Below, in pieces: positions 40,901-53,560 of a DNA stretch of 64,000 nucleotides. The DNA is from Eledone cirrhosa (taxonomy: Eukaryota): assembly GCA_964016885.1 (NCBI GenBank), contig OZ024741.1, positions 374,790,001 to 374,854,000 of the forward strand, written 5' to 3'. Both the position numbers and the translations under genes were made by a program. Position 1 is the first letter of the stretch; every line of letters starts with the position of its first letter. Below the pieces are notes generated by a model, which worked only from the letters and a program-made list of their open reading frames with translations, was not told where the DNA came from and made no database searches.

Positions 40901-42254
40901 GTTTAACTATCCCTGAAAGGTCGGGCGGAGGCGGCGAACACCTATATAGCGTCCGTCATCTACTACCGCCTGACCGTAGTGCCTTGCCTAAGGGAAACCC
41001 TCACCAAGATGGAGCGCGCGCTCTTCCAATTCCTTTGGAAGAGGCGGGCTCCTATGGTGAGGAGATCCATCTGCTGTCAACACCCTTCGAAAGGAGGGCT
41101 GGGGATGCCGTGGCTAATGATGCGTAAACACGCATTAAGGCTACGGCACCTCTACGTATTCCTCACCGGACAACCGGTGTGGGCCTCGTTTGTGAGACGA
41201 ACCTTTCCCAGACTCGTCTCACTCACCGAGCTGCAATCCTGGGTCAAGCAAAGACCGAGAAAACTGGGCGCCTGGCACACTGAGTGTGCCCAGGCGCTCA
41301 CCGCCCTCTGGCAGGCGGATCCGGTTATCAGTGGAGACTCCACCGCAACATTCTATAGAGGGCTGGTACGCAGCAGGTGCGACGACGCCCTCGGAGAAGC
41401 CCTAGACATGGAGGAGGACGAACTGGCCAGCCTATTCGGTAGGACATTCAGCCCGGGACCTATGGTCAACTTCCAGAAGTCCCTGGCCAGGCAGTGCTAC
41501 CGAGGGGCTTTACCCGTTCGAGAAAGGCTCTACAGACACGGGCGTCCGGGTAGGGACCCCGCCAAAAAGATCTCTCCCAGATGCGTGTGCGACGAGGAAA
41601 CCGTTGCACACGCATTGGTACACTGCTCGGGCGTAGCCGATCTGTGGGGCTATGTCGAACAACTGCTGTCAAGGGTGGGACCGATCCGGTTGACCACCGA
41701 GTCTATTGTAATGATCAAGCCGCCTCCCCCCTTCAAAGATGAAGCAGAGGCGGTGTTTCTGTGCGTAATAGCCATGGCGAAAGAGGTTGTATGGTGGACG
41801 CGTCTGAAAGGACTGAGGTCAGGCACCTTTCTCTCTGGCCAACAACTGGTCCGTTTCTTCCGATATCATTTCGGAAGAAGGATCAGGATGGAGAGAGAGG
41901 TGCTGCACCCCAGTCGTTTTTATGAAAGGTGGGTGAAAGTGGCGAGAATGGCCCGTGTGAATGGGTCTTCTCTTTACATAAGCCTGTAGGTGGAAAAGAG
42001 GAAGGAACGAGGGAGCACCCCCTCTCTGTGCTCCTGAGGAAAAGGGTTGCACACTTTTTTCGGGGGTGTGTGCGACCCCCCAAGGCGCCTCCTCTCTATT
42101 GAGGATTTTGTTATAAATTTTATTTTTTGTTATATCTTATTTTATTTTTATATTTTGTTATTGCCTCCTCCTTATTGAGGACGCCTTTTTGTGTAAACTC
42201 CCCCCTTTGTACTTGTCCCACTTTTGATGCCCTAGTGGCAAATAAAAGAAACAT
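37989..42254 (+). mobile_element. Tx1/L1-like LINE copy A, both ends intact, about 1.5-kb internal ORF2 deletion
   Basis: ORF1 38209-40053 (Asn-rich, CYLCGNRGHLRAAC, frameshifts); ORF2 APE start fused to RT (QGCPLS, YTDD) and C-terminal zinc finger; ends aataaaagaaacat-atctatcta. Confidence 0.93.
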
Positions 42255-42263
42255 ATCTATCTA

Positions 42264-45200
42264 CTGGGATGGACACACGCGTATAACTTGCTGAGTAAGT
42301 TCTGTTTAAATTCCTATAGAAATTCTTGTCTGATAACTTTAATTTTTGTACCATTTTGTAGAGGGACTGCCAGGTCAAACTTTGATCTGGTCAGTCTCTC
42401 AAAATATTCTACGCCTTTAAGCGAAATAGTTAAAAAAAAAAAAGTTTTTTCTTGTTGAAAAGTTAATATTTTTTAAAATGGCTGAAGCTTCTTCACCAAA
42501 ATTCGAAGGAGGAAAGGGGAAGATAAACTTACAGCTTCCCCCTGCCACTGTCACAGTAGCAGTGGTCAAGAAGAAAGGTCAGACAGAGGAAGAATTCTCT
42601 CCACCTGTTAACCGACAACTTGACGTTGCCATGGCAACAACCCAAAGAACCAGCGGCACCAGCAACAGCAACAACAACAACAATGCGACGGACGAAAACA
42701 ACACCAATAACAATAACAACAACAACAAGACCAATAACTGTGACAACAACAACAATGATAACAACAACACCACCAACGACAACAACAACACAAACAAACA
42801 AAATTTCTCCTTCGCCGAGACGACAAGGAAAACCCTCGACTATCTGCCAGTAGATATAACCAAAGCGAAGGAGCTACTGGCAGATGCGAAAAAATATATA
42901 GTGTACGGGGAAAATGGTTCATTCACAATCCATTCCCTCCCGGAACTAAAAAGCCAGAGACTCCTAAACACGGTCATGTTTAGGACAATCTCGAATAAAA
43001 GTAAAAAACCAGCTCAACCATCACAGAGTGAGATAGAGCTGGTTTTAAAAGACGTCATGAAGGACATCACCTTCATTCAGAAGGATAGACTCTACGGGAG
43101 TCTATCCATTCTCATGAAGGACAGGGACACAGCAGTGAAACTGTCCATCAAACCAATCACATCCACCGCATACACCTTCTACCCTACGTACATGGGTAGA
43201 AGAACACAAAAAATAAAAATCCACACCATCCTGCCGATTATGGACATATGGTGGGTTTTGACAGGTTTCCTGGACCTGGAGGATGACATGCTGGTGTCCA
43301 TGGGAAAGGCATCGGGTGACGCGTTCAGTGGAACGAGCCTCGAACTTGTAGTTCAAATGAGGCCCGAAATGATCGCCCAGATCCCTGAACGCGTCATACT
43401 GGATGATCTAACCTTCATCAACATTACCGTTGAGGGTAGACGGCCCTCGTGTTACCTCTGCGGAACCAGAAGTCACCTGAGGGCTGTCTGTCCCCAACTT
43501 AATAAGAAAACCCCAATCCTGCCTACACCACCAACAACTGCACAACCAACACAATCACCACAACTACCACTATAAAAACAACCACCACAGCTCAAACCAA
43601 AACAAAACAATGTCCAACCCATCCCCTCCACTCAAAAAACAAAAACAATTTCCAAAACACCCGCACCGCAAACACAACCCGAAAATATACCCTCCCCTCC
43701 AACGCGGAAGATGACCCTAGTTCGTCGTCAGACGAGGAGGAGCACTTCCACACAATCAAAAGAAAAAAAAGAAAACACACCTCAGACACACAAATGAAAA
43801 CAACCCCTCCCCAAAACATAACACTGACACCAACACAAAAGAGCTCACAACAACAGCAAACAAAAAACACCACACAAAAACAAAAACATGCATACACATA
43901 CATAGACACAAGGAACAAAAAACTGTTAAACATTGTGTACAACAACAATCTAATAAAAACACAAGGGCCTAACTTCACCCGGGCAGGGGATTTCCCCCAC
44001 CTCAAAATGATTAAGGCCCCACAGGACACCTATAAAACTTTAAAAAATAATTTTAAAGAGGACGTGGGTCCCCCCTGCGTCGGGCCCATTAACCGCGTCC
44101 TCCTAAAAAACTACCCCACCCCCTCCCAAAACACCCACACAACTCCAAGCTCCCCAACCACACAACATACTGATGCCCCTACACTTCCACAAACCATCAC
44201 CCCACCCAACAACCCATCCCCCACCCTAATGGAAATTGTACAGCCCGATACCCGGGACGCAGAGAGGTAAGTGCCTTTTCTCTTCACCACCAACATGGCT
44301 ATGCTAAGAGTAGGCTGTTTAAATGCGCGTGGCCTGGGCTCAACTTGGAAGCAAGCAATGCTTCTAAATGACCTCAGGTCACAACGTATAGATGTGATGG
44401 TTATTTGCGAGGCCCGGATCAGCAACGTGCGACAGCTGGCCCCCACCTTTGATGACTTTGAGATGCACGCATCTCTCTGTCAGCCCGGAGGTGGGGGTGG
44501 AGTTGTCGTTCTGCTGCAAAAACATCTGGGCCTCGCAACACAGATGGTACATTTGGACCCGGAGGGTCGACTAGTGGTTCTGGACCTTGGCAGTGGTAAA
44601 GGCGGAGCGTTTAGGTTGGTAGCCGCCTACGGCCCTTTCGGGTCAATGCGGCCGGACTTCTTCCATCGTCTGGAGACTTTTCTAGGGACTCCTTGCTATT
44701 AGTGGGGGACTGGAATGGTATCCTAGATGCACGCTGGGACTACGTAGGGGCCTGTCCCGATAGAGAGGGGTGTAATAGCCTCAAAGGGTTAATCGGTCGA
44801 TTTGACCTGGCCGATAGATATCGACTAGATTTTCCGACTGCGCCAACCTGGACTTGGGCAAATCGTAGCGGATCATCTAGGTCGTACCTAGATAGGGTTC
44901 TTAGTTAGAATTAAGGATAAGGACTATTAAGTTGTCCAAAAATGCGCATGGTTGGCTATTCAGACCACAAGTTAGTGACCTGCATGATCAACCTTGACAG
45001 AACTCATAGACAGGGACCCGGTTACTGGAAGCTCAACTTGTCCTTACCGGCAAGTAAGGCTTACAGGGACCGGATTAGCACTTTTGTTAAGGAGCGGTTG
45101 ACGGGCGCCATCGTCAACGGCAGGTGGTGGGGATCTCTCAAAAGAGAGATTAGAGTAGTCTCTATAGAATTTAGTAAGGAGTTAGCCTCCAATAGAAATA

Positions 45201-47953
45201 GGAAGGAAAGGGAGTTGGTAGATAGTGTAGAAGAGGCAATTAGAAGCGGCGACGTGGCCAGAGTGCTAGCGTCGAGAACGGCCCTGGGCCAGTTCTTCGA
45301 CGCGAAACACGAAGGCTGCATCGTCCGAAGCAAAATACGTGCTCTGGGAACAGAAGCCAAAAGAGGGAGCAGATCCACTATCCGGTCTTTGCGAGACCAG
45401 GATGGACGGGTGATCCTTGAACCTAAGCAGATGTGAAAGGCTTTTCAAAAGCACTTTGCCGGATTGTTCGGAAGGGGCGGGGGGCCGGTTGGGGACGTGG
45501 ACTTCGGTTCATACCTCGACGGCCTGCCGCGTCTCTCGGACAGGGAGGCGAAGTCCTGCGAGGAGCCGATTTCAGCCGCTGAGATAGAGGACGTGCTGAT
45601 CCAATGCGGCAAACGCAAATCCCCGGGTCTCGATGGTCTTCCATACGAACTATATCTAGCTATGCCGGACTTGTTCCCCGATCTCCTCGAGGCGGTCTAC
45701 TGCAACTGGCAACAGAACGGGAGAATTCCCTGTACTGTGACCAAGGGCGTAGTCACGCTAGTGAGGAAGGACGAGAACAAGGGGGACGATATAAATAATT
45801 TCAGGCCCATAACTCTGCTAAATACAGAGTTACAGATTTTGGCCAAGGTGCTAGCAAAGAGGTTGGCGCTTGTCGTGGGCAACCTGGTGGGAGATGCGCA
45901 GACATGTGCTATCCCGTCCAGGTCCATCCACGATAACCTCCACCTCATGCGATACATCATAGAGAGGGTTCGGAACGAACCCGGCTTTGGTGGGGCCCTG
46001 ATCAACTTGGATCAATCTAAGGCATTCGATAGGGTCGACCATGGTTACCTGGATGCGGTGCTAGCGGCGGCAGGCTTCGGACCCGTTTTCAGGGCCTGGA
46101 TCAATGCCATGCACAGCAGCCGCATCTGCTCTAGGGTCAAGGTGAACGGCTACCTCTCGGAGCCGTTCGAAATCGCGCGGTCCATCCGACAGGGGTGCCC
46201 TCTCTCCTCCCTTCTGTATGTAATGACTCTAGAGCCACTGCTGCGGAAGTTGGAGTTGTTGCAGGGCATCCCGTTGGAACCGGGATTGCGGAAAGCGGTG
46301 TCAGCCTACGCCGATGACGTGACAGTAATGGTGTCGACGGCCTCGGAAATCGGGGTGATCGGCACCTTACTGGAGGAGTACGAAAGGTTTACAGGGGCTA
46401 AGCTGAACCGGGACAAGTCGATCGGTCTGCAACTCGGCACGTGGAGGGGCAGATCGATGCCCTCCGATGGCGTCGTCGGACGCTGGACGGAGGGCCCGGT
46501 GAAGTTGCTCGGGGTCTGGTTCGGACCAGACCTCCAGGTGGAGAAGAACTGGGGTGAGGTGACGAACAGGGTGTTTGCACTGACCCAGAAGTGGGCCGAG
46601 TGCAAACTGTCCCTGAAAGGTCGGGCGGAGGTGGCGAACACTTATATAGCGTCCGTCATCTACTACCGCCTGACCGTTGTGCCTTGCCCAAGGGAAACGC
46701 TCGCCAAAATGGAGCGCGCACTCTTCCAATTCCTTTGGAAGAAGCGGGCTCCTATGGTGAGGAGATCCATCTGCTGTCAACACCCTTCGAAAGGAGGGCT
46801 GGGGATGCCGTGGCTAATGATACGTAAACACGCATTAAGGCTACGGCACCTTCAGGTATTCCTCTCCGGTCAACCGGTGTGGGCCCCGTTTGTGAGGCGA
46901 GCCTTTCCCAGACTCGTCTCACTCACCGAGCTACAATCCTGGGTCAAGCAAAGACCGAGAAAACTGGGCGCCTGGCACACCGAGTGTGCCCAGGCGCTCA
47001 CGGATCTCTGGCAGGCGGACCCGGCTATCAGTGGAGAATCCACCTCGTCATTCTATAGAGGCTGGTGGTTAGCAGGTGCGACGACGCCCTCGGAGAAGCC
47101 CTAGGCATGGAGGAAGACGAACTGGCCAACCTGTTCGGTAGGACATTCAGCCCGGGACCCATGGATAACTTCCAGAGGTCCCCGGCCTGGCAATGCTACA
47201 GAAGGGCTCTGCCCGTTCGAGAAAGGCTCTACAGACACGGGCGCCGGGGTAGGGACCCATCGAAAAAGATCTGTCCCAGATGCGTGTGCGACGAGGAAAC
47301 CGTTGCACACGCATTGGTACACTGCTCGGGCATTGCCGATCTGTGGGGCTATGTCGAACAACTGCTGTCAAGGGTGGGACCGATCCGGTTGACCACCGAG
47401 TCTATTGTAACGATCAAGCCGCCTCCCCTCTTCAAAAACGAAGGAGAGGAGGTGTTTCTGTGCGTAATAGCCATGGCGAAAGAGGTTGTATGGTGGACGC
47501 GTCTGAAAGGACTGAGGTCAGACACCTTTCTCTCTGGCCAACAACTGGTCCGTTTCTTCCGATATCATTTCGGAAGAAGGATCAGGATGGAGAGAGAGGT
47601 GCTGCACCCCAACCGTTTCTATGAAAGATGGGTGAAAGTGGCGAGAATGGCCCGTGTGAATGGGCCTTCACTCTACATCAGACTATAGGTGAGGAAGATG
47701 AAAGACCAAGGGAGCACCCCTTCTCTGTGCTCCTGAGGAGAAGGGTTGCACGCTTTTTTCGGGGGTGTGTGCGACCCCCCAAGGCGCCTCCTCTCTATTG
47801 AGGACTTTGTTATAAATTTTATTTTTTGTTATATTTTATTTTATTTTTATATATTGTTATTGCCTCCTCCTTATTGAGGACGCATTGTTTTGTAAACTCC
47901 CCCCATTGTACTTGTCCCACTTTTGATGCCCTGGTGGCAAATAAAAGAAACAT
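42264..47953 (+). mobile_element. Tx1/L1-like LINE copy B, full length but disrupted
   Basis: ORF1 from 42478 (CYLCGTRSHLRAVC); ORF2 44295-47688 with APE, RT (YADD) and CPRC...ETVAHALVHC, carrying several stops and frameshifts; followed by (ATCT)n. Confidence 0.95.
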
Positions 47954-47974
47954 ATCTATCTATCTATCTATCAT

Positions 47975-48006
<32 letters not shown>

Positions 48007-48569
48007 GCTATCATTCTAGTAATTTCCTGTTTAGAGAGCGTATTTAGAATGACATTTTCCAATGCGCCTTTACCATTTTAAGGCACGTGGTTGTGATTCT
48101 AGGGAGATTTGAATGCTATTTTTTGCAAGTCGCGCGATTATATAAATGCGTCTTCATTGGATAGTAGCTGTGTTTACTTATGGCATCTGTTTTTGTAATA
48201 TAAAGGTTAAACAACCGATCCAGGCTGGTGTATTGTATTCGTCATAAATAAACAAAACTAAAAACAAAACCAAAAACAAAATCAAAAGAGTTCTAATGTA
48301 CTTTTGACAATTATGCATGATTTCTACGAGAATTTGTTGGAAATTGATAAGGCCTAACAAGGATGGAAAGAACATGGTGTTTAGGAGCTAACATTTAGTT
48401 ATTTTAAATTGTAGGTTATTTATTACGAAAGAAAGACATTTAAAATTCATAAATGTTTGTATATTAATAAAAAAACAAACAAACGAAAAAGTAGGAAAGA
48501 AATTAAAATAAATAGTGAAAGTAAGGGAAAGGGGAAGGAAGCAGCAGACTCTATATCCCAATATATGCG

Positions 48570-48960
48570 GTATGTCACTTCTGAGTCCCGCAGACAAGAT
48601 GGCGAAAGTATTGTTGCGAAGATCAGCCACCGACAGCGGTGACATCAGCCACCGTATCACACAGGGCTCCTTCTTCAAGCAGAATGCATTTCTCCTGATT
48701 TTGTGGAAGAAAACCAAACGGTAGTTCGGGGACGGACGATACCAGAGGTCTCAACGGTAACCGACACAAAAAAATGAAGCGGTCGGTCAAGTTCCAGTAT
48801 TTTATATCTTCCTTTTTTTCGCGTTACGGGCGGCGGTGTCTGGATTTATAGTCGAAATGACAAAGCTGGAGGCGGAGAACGAGTCGCAACACTTGGTGTC
48901 CCAGGCTAGAGATTTACTTCCCACAAATAGGAAGAAGGTTATCCTGCCAAGCCAGCGTGT
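48570..48960 (-). mobile_element. CRE-like non-LTR retrotransposon 3' fragment (restriction-like endonuclease)
   Basis: KSLAWDTKCCDS...AARNAKK, FVSVTVETSG and WLMSPLSVADLRNNTFAIL resemble the CRE C-terminal pattern. Confidence 0.6.
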
Positions 48961-49394
48961 CGAGAGAACTAACATGCACTGACTGTAGGAAAATAACACA
49001 CGAAACGTCATTGGAAGATATTACAAAATCGGATTTCTACAATAATTTATTTGAGCCAATTTTAGTAATTCCTTCTATTATTAATAAATAATAAGTTAAT
49101 GATATTTTTTACATTAACAAAAGAATTATTTTATTTTACAAAGCTGTTTATACAAATACAAAACATACTATTAAAGGGAACAAAAAAAAAAAGGAAATGA
49201 AAAGAAGAAAAAAAAGAATTAATCAACGAAAGAAAGGGAGAGGGGTGTGACAGACGCTACACCCCAGTCTTAGCAGAACCCCAGCTGCGCCCCGCGGGCA
49301 AAATGGCAAAGGCGTTATCACGGAGAATCGCCAGAGACACCTACTGCAACAGCCACCTCGCCTCACGGAGCTCCCTCCTCGTGTATGTTAAAAA

Positions 49395-49462
49395 ACGAAG
49401 GGATTTGAACCCACGGCCTTATGATCGCGAGACGAACATCCTAAGGATTAAACCACGTAGCA
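49395..49462 (-). mobile_element. tRNA-like SINE head
   Basis: gctacgtggtttaatc...tctcgcga...gggttcaaatccc has A/B boxes but no intact cloverleaf. Confidence 0.5.
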
Positions 49463-49519
49463 CATGATGATAACCATAACGACATGGGTGGTGGTTTTAG
49501 TTGTGGGTGTATATATATA

Positions 49520-50614
49520 TCTGTATATATATAAAATTAAGTATGTGTGTGTCTGTGTATTACCTATAAGGGCCTACATCTTACGACTTTACAGGCTCAT
49601 AGATTAGTCATCGGGGAGTGTTTTCTATATATCAACGTATCGTTTTATTTTTTTATTTCGGGGTCATTCTGCAGATAAAAATAAGATTTTTGGCTCTAGT
49701 TCCCACATTTTGCCACCGACCTCGTTCAAATAGAATTTATCATTGCACATCCTGTAAGGGCTTTATATTTTGCATTTGTTGTTCAGGGACGGCGTGGCAG
49801 CCGCTTAAATATTAAAAAATACCACTTTTAGACTCAAATTTCCACTTTTTCGGCTCTAGCTCCCACATTATTCAACCTACTTTGTTCAAATTTTACACTA
49901 CGCTAGATCTGATTATTTCACGTCTTGAAGTGGCTTTACATTTTGGATTTTTTGTTCAGAAACAGCGTGGCAGCCGCTTAAATATTCGAAAATACCACCT
50001 TTTCGGCTCAAGCTCCCACATTTTTCAACCGATTTCGATCAAATTCGAAACTTCGGCTCCACCTCACACATAAATCAATTTATTTGGTTCAACTTTTATA
50101 CTACGATAGAACCTATTATTGCACATCTTATAGTAGCTTTACACTTTGCATTTTTTGTTCAGGGACGGCGACCTATCATTAGCTCCCACATTTTTCAACC
50201 GATTTTGTTCAAATTCGAAACTTTGGCTCCACCTCACACATCAATCAATTTATTTGGTTCAACTTTTATACTACGATAGAACCTATCATTGCACATCTTA
50301 TAGATGGTCAAAGGCAAAACGATGGCCACTGACGTCGTCTGAGCTTTCAGTTGTGTATTTGAGAATTTATCGATTTCCAATCAAGTAGCGTGAGGAAATT
50401 TGGCTTAGTGTTAGAGGTCATTACCTCCCACCCCCAGCATGCTCCTTCGTCAGTCACCCGCGTTTCTCAGTGATAGAGGTCATCACCACCCTCCCCCGCA
50501 TGGCATGTGTGTGGCCATAGATGAGTCATCGAGAAGCAGTCGCTAAGATCAACACCTTTTCATCAAAGCAGATATTATTTTACCTACCCAGGCAACACTG
50601 GGTACTGCTGTTAG
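49520..50614 (+). mobile_element. Non-autonomous Helitron
   Basis: 5' TC(t)gtatatatataaa, 3' hairpin accca-ggcaacac-tgggt then TTAG, A|T insertion in (TA)n; internal duplications of about 170 bp. Confidence 0.7.
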
Positions 50615-50796
50615 TATATATATATATTAGGACAGCTATTGCGATTTGTGATTTGTTGTTATTGTTGTTCTTGTCAGAAGATTGGTAAATATACATAAAC
50701 AGATAACTATAGACTAACAGTGAAACATACTGAGAGATAGGCAGGCAGATAGAGAGATAGATAAATAGATAGATAAATAAATAAATAGATAGCTAA

Positions 50797-50827
<31 letters not shown>

Positions 50828-50828
50828 T

Positions 50829-51960
50829 CTTTCTTTATTTGCCACAGGGGCGTACAAAAATGGGACATTACAAGACGTGACGGCGGGGGTTTTACGTAAA
50901 AATCATATAACTTTAACATTAATAAATAACAATAAACTATATATAATAAAATAACAATTGAAATCCCCAATAGGGGGGAACGTTACTGCAGGGTTGTTTT
51001 ACACCCCGTGGATAGAACAACCCTCAACACCAGGAACACGTTTTGTAGGTGTTCCTGTCTTCCCTCTGTTTATCTTCCTCAACCTACAGGTTTATATACA
51101 GAGAAGGCCCATTCACTCGGGCCATTCACCCACCTTTCAGAGAATTTACTGGGGTGTAACACCCCTTTCTCCACTCTCACCTTCCTTCTGAAGTGATACT
51201 TAAAGAAGGAGATAAATTGTTGTCCGGAGAGAAAGGTATTTTCCCTCAGTCCTTTTAACCTCGTCCACCATATTACCTCTTTCGCCATAGCCACCAGACA
51301 GAGGAAAACCGCCTCTCCTTCGTTCTTAAATGAAGGCAGCGGGGTGATCCTCACTATGGACTCGTCTGACAACTGGATGCGTCCCACACGTGACAGTAGC
51401 TGTTAGATATAATTCCACAGGTCGGTCACCCCTGGGCACTGAATAATTGCGTTCAGAACTGTTTCGATGTCCTGCTCGTATCTTGGACAGGTCCTTTTGG
51501 CAGGATCTCTGCCAGGGCGTCCGTGCCTGTAGATTTTGTCTCGAGCTGGTAGAGCTCCTCGGTAGCACTGCCAGGCCAGCGACCTCTGGAAGTTATCCAT
51601 AGGCCCTGGACGGAAAGTCCTCCCGAACAGACTGGTCAGTTCGTCCTCCTCGATGCCTAGAGTTTCCCCGAGAATGTCGTCGCACTTATCCTCCACTAGC
51701 CCCCTATACTATGTCGAAGTGGAGTCTCCGCTGATTGCCGTTTCCCCTTGGTAGAGGGCTGTGAGCGCCTGAAGGCACTCGAGGTGCCAGGCACCCATTT
51801 TCGGTCTTCGCTTGACCCAGGACTGCAGCTCTGTTAGTGAGACGAGTTGTGGAAGAGGTTGTCTCACAAACGACAGCCACACCGGTTCGCCGGTCAGGAA
51901 TACCTGGAGATGGCGTAGCCTCAGCGCTTGTTTGCGCATCATCAGCCACGGCATGCCCAT
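50829..51960 (-). mobile_element. Tx1/L1-like LINE copy D, 5'-truncated
   Basis: ORF2 C-terminus homologous to copies A and B (GMPWLMMRK, PGPMDNFQRSLAWQCYRG, MAKEVIWWTRLKG); (GATA)n on both sides. Confidence 0.9.
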
Positions 51961-52497
51961 AGATAGATAGATAGATAGATAGATGTATTTATTATCCGAA
52001 GATAGAGATACATAGATAGGTAGCTATTGATAGCCAGCTGCCCGTTTGAGTAATGACCATCTTGTCAGCACTTTTGGGAAAGAGGGTGGTAAGGTGGAAG
52101 ATATCGAATTGCTATTTGTTAAACAAATTTATCACAAAGTGATTGTTGTGTGTCTCTTGTGTTTTATTTATATAGATAATGGACGAATAACCAGGATGAA
52201 AAAATTAAGACGTATTCGGAGAATAAAATGTCTCAACTTTTTCATCTTGGTTATTCGACCATCAGTATCTATATCCTCTACTTTCATACGATCTGTCAGA
52301 TTTGTTTATAATGATGAATTGATTTCATTTATTTTACTGATCGTGGAACTACATTGACATAATTTTGTTATCTGGACTTTTACCTTTTACACACACACAC
52401 ACACACACGCACACGCACACGCACACGCACACACACACACACACACACAAGGCCCCCCCCCCACGCGCACACACGCACGCACACGCACGCACGCACG

Positions 52498-52603
<106 letters not shown>

Positions 52604-52624
52604 TTAAATACCAAATTCTTGAAC

Positions 52625-53193
52625 AATACCAAATTCTTGAACAAATATATTTAATTGTTTCGGGAACCATATCAGTATTCTGCACATACAGATGATAATT
52701 ATCGATTATAAAATTGATAATAGTAAGTGATATTAAAAAGAAAAGTTTGATATGGTCTCCTCATCGGAGCCGAAAAGAAAAAGTAAACAAAGATTCAAAA
52801 ATACATGTCACTGAAAATAGGGACTACAATAAATGTAAAACTTGAAGAATACCTGTCCATATCAAACTTTTCTTTTTAATCTCACTTACTATTATCAATT
52901 TTATAATCGATAATTATCATCTGTATGTGCAGAATACTGATATGGTTCCCGAAACAATTGTCAGCTATTAAATATATTTGTTCAAGAATTTGGTATTGTT
53001 TTCTCTAACATTAAATTTCTGTATTAAGGCTCTGCTTATACAATTTTTCGCTTGACATTATTTCTCATGCTTACTCACATTGTTCGGTTGTCTTGCATCT
53101 AATACGTATTGAGTACACTGTCTCCATCATTACTGGCATATAATTCTCATAAATAATCACTTATCTCTCCTCTTCGATTAGTTTGTATGCATA

Positions 53194-53197
<4 letters not shown>
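52625..53197 (+). mobile_element. PLE-like stub with about 130-bp inverted repeat and degenerate hammerhead
   Basis: 52625-52755 is inverted at 52857-52998; ctgatatggttcccGAAACAATTGTC; GTATTGAGTAC at 53106; ends in (TA)n. A diverged inverted relative lies at about 53270-53350. Confidence 0.55.
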
Positions 53198-53233
<36 letters not shown>

Positions 53234-53370
53234 TATGTATGTGTACAATCCAATAGAAAAAGAGAGAGTAGAGATTAGTTTGTGAGAATTAAATGACAAT
53301 AACAAGGAGGGCAGTGTGCTCAATGTGTATAGGATACAAGACAAGCGTTTAGAGAGAGTAAAACAAGTAT

Positions 53371-53560
53371 AGGGCGGTGAATTGGCAGTATCGGCAGAGG
53401 GATGGACGCCATGCTTTCTAGCATAGTTACGTCCCTTTACGGTCTGAGTTCAAATCCCGTCGGGGTTAATCTTGCCTTTCATTCTTACGGGGTCAATAAA
53501 ATAAAGTACCAGTAATGTACTGGGTAATTGCTGGTCTTGTGCCAAAAGTAGAAACAATTA
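53371..53560 (+). mobile_element. tRNA-derived SINE
   Basis: Full-length match to the 3038 family. Confidence 0.88.

Noticed and set aside
49395-49462. Functional tRNA gene
   Set aside because: Acceptor and D stems do not close; consistent with a SINE head.
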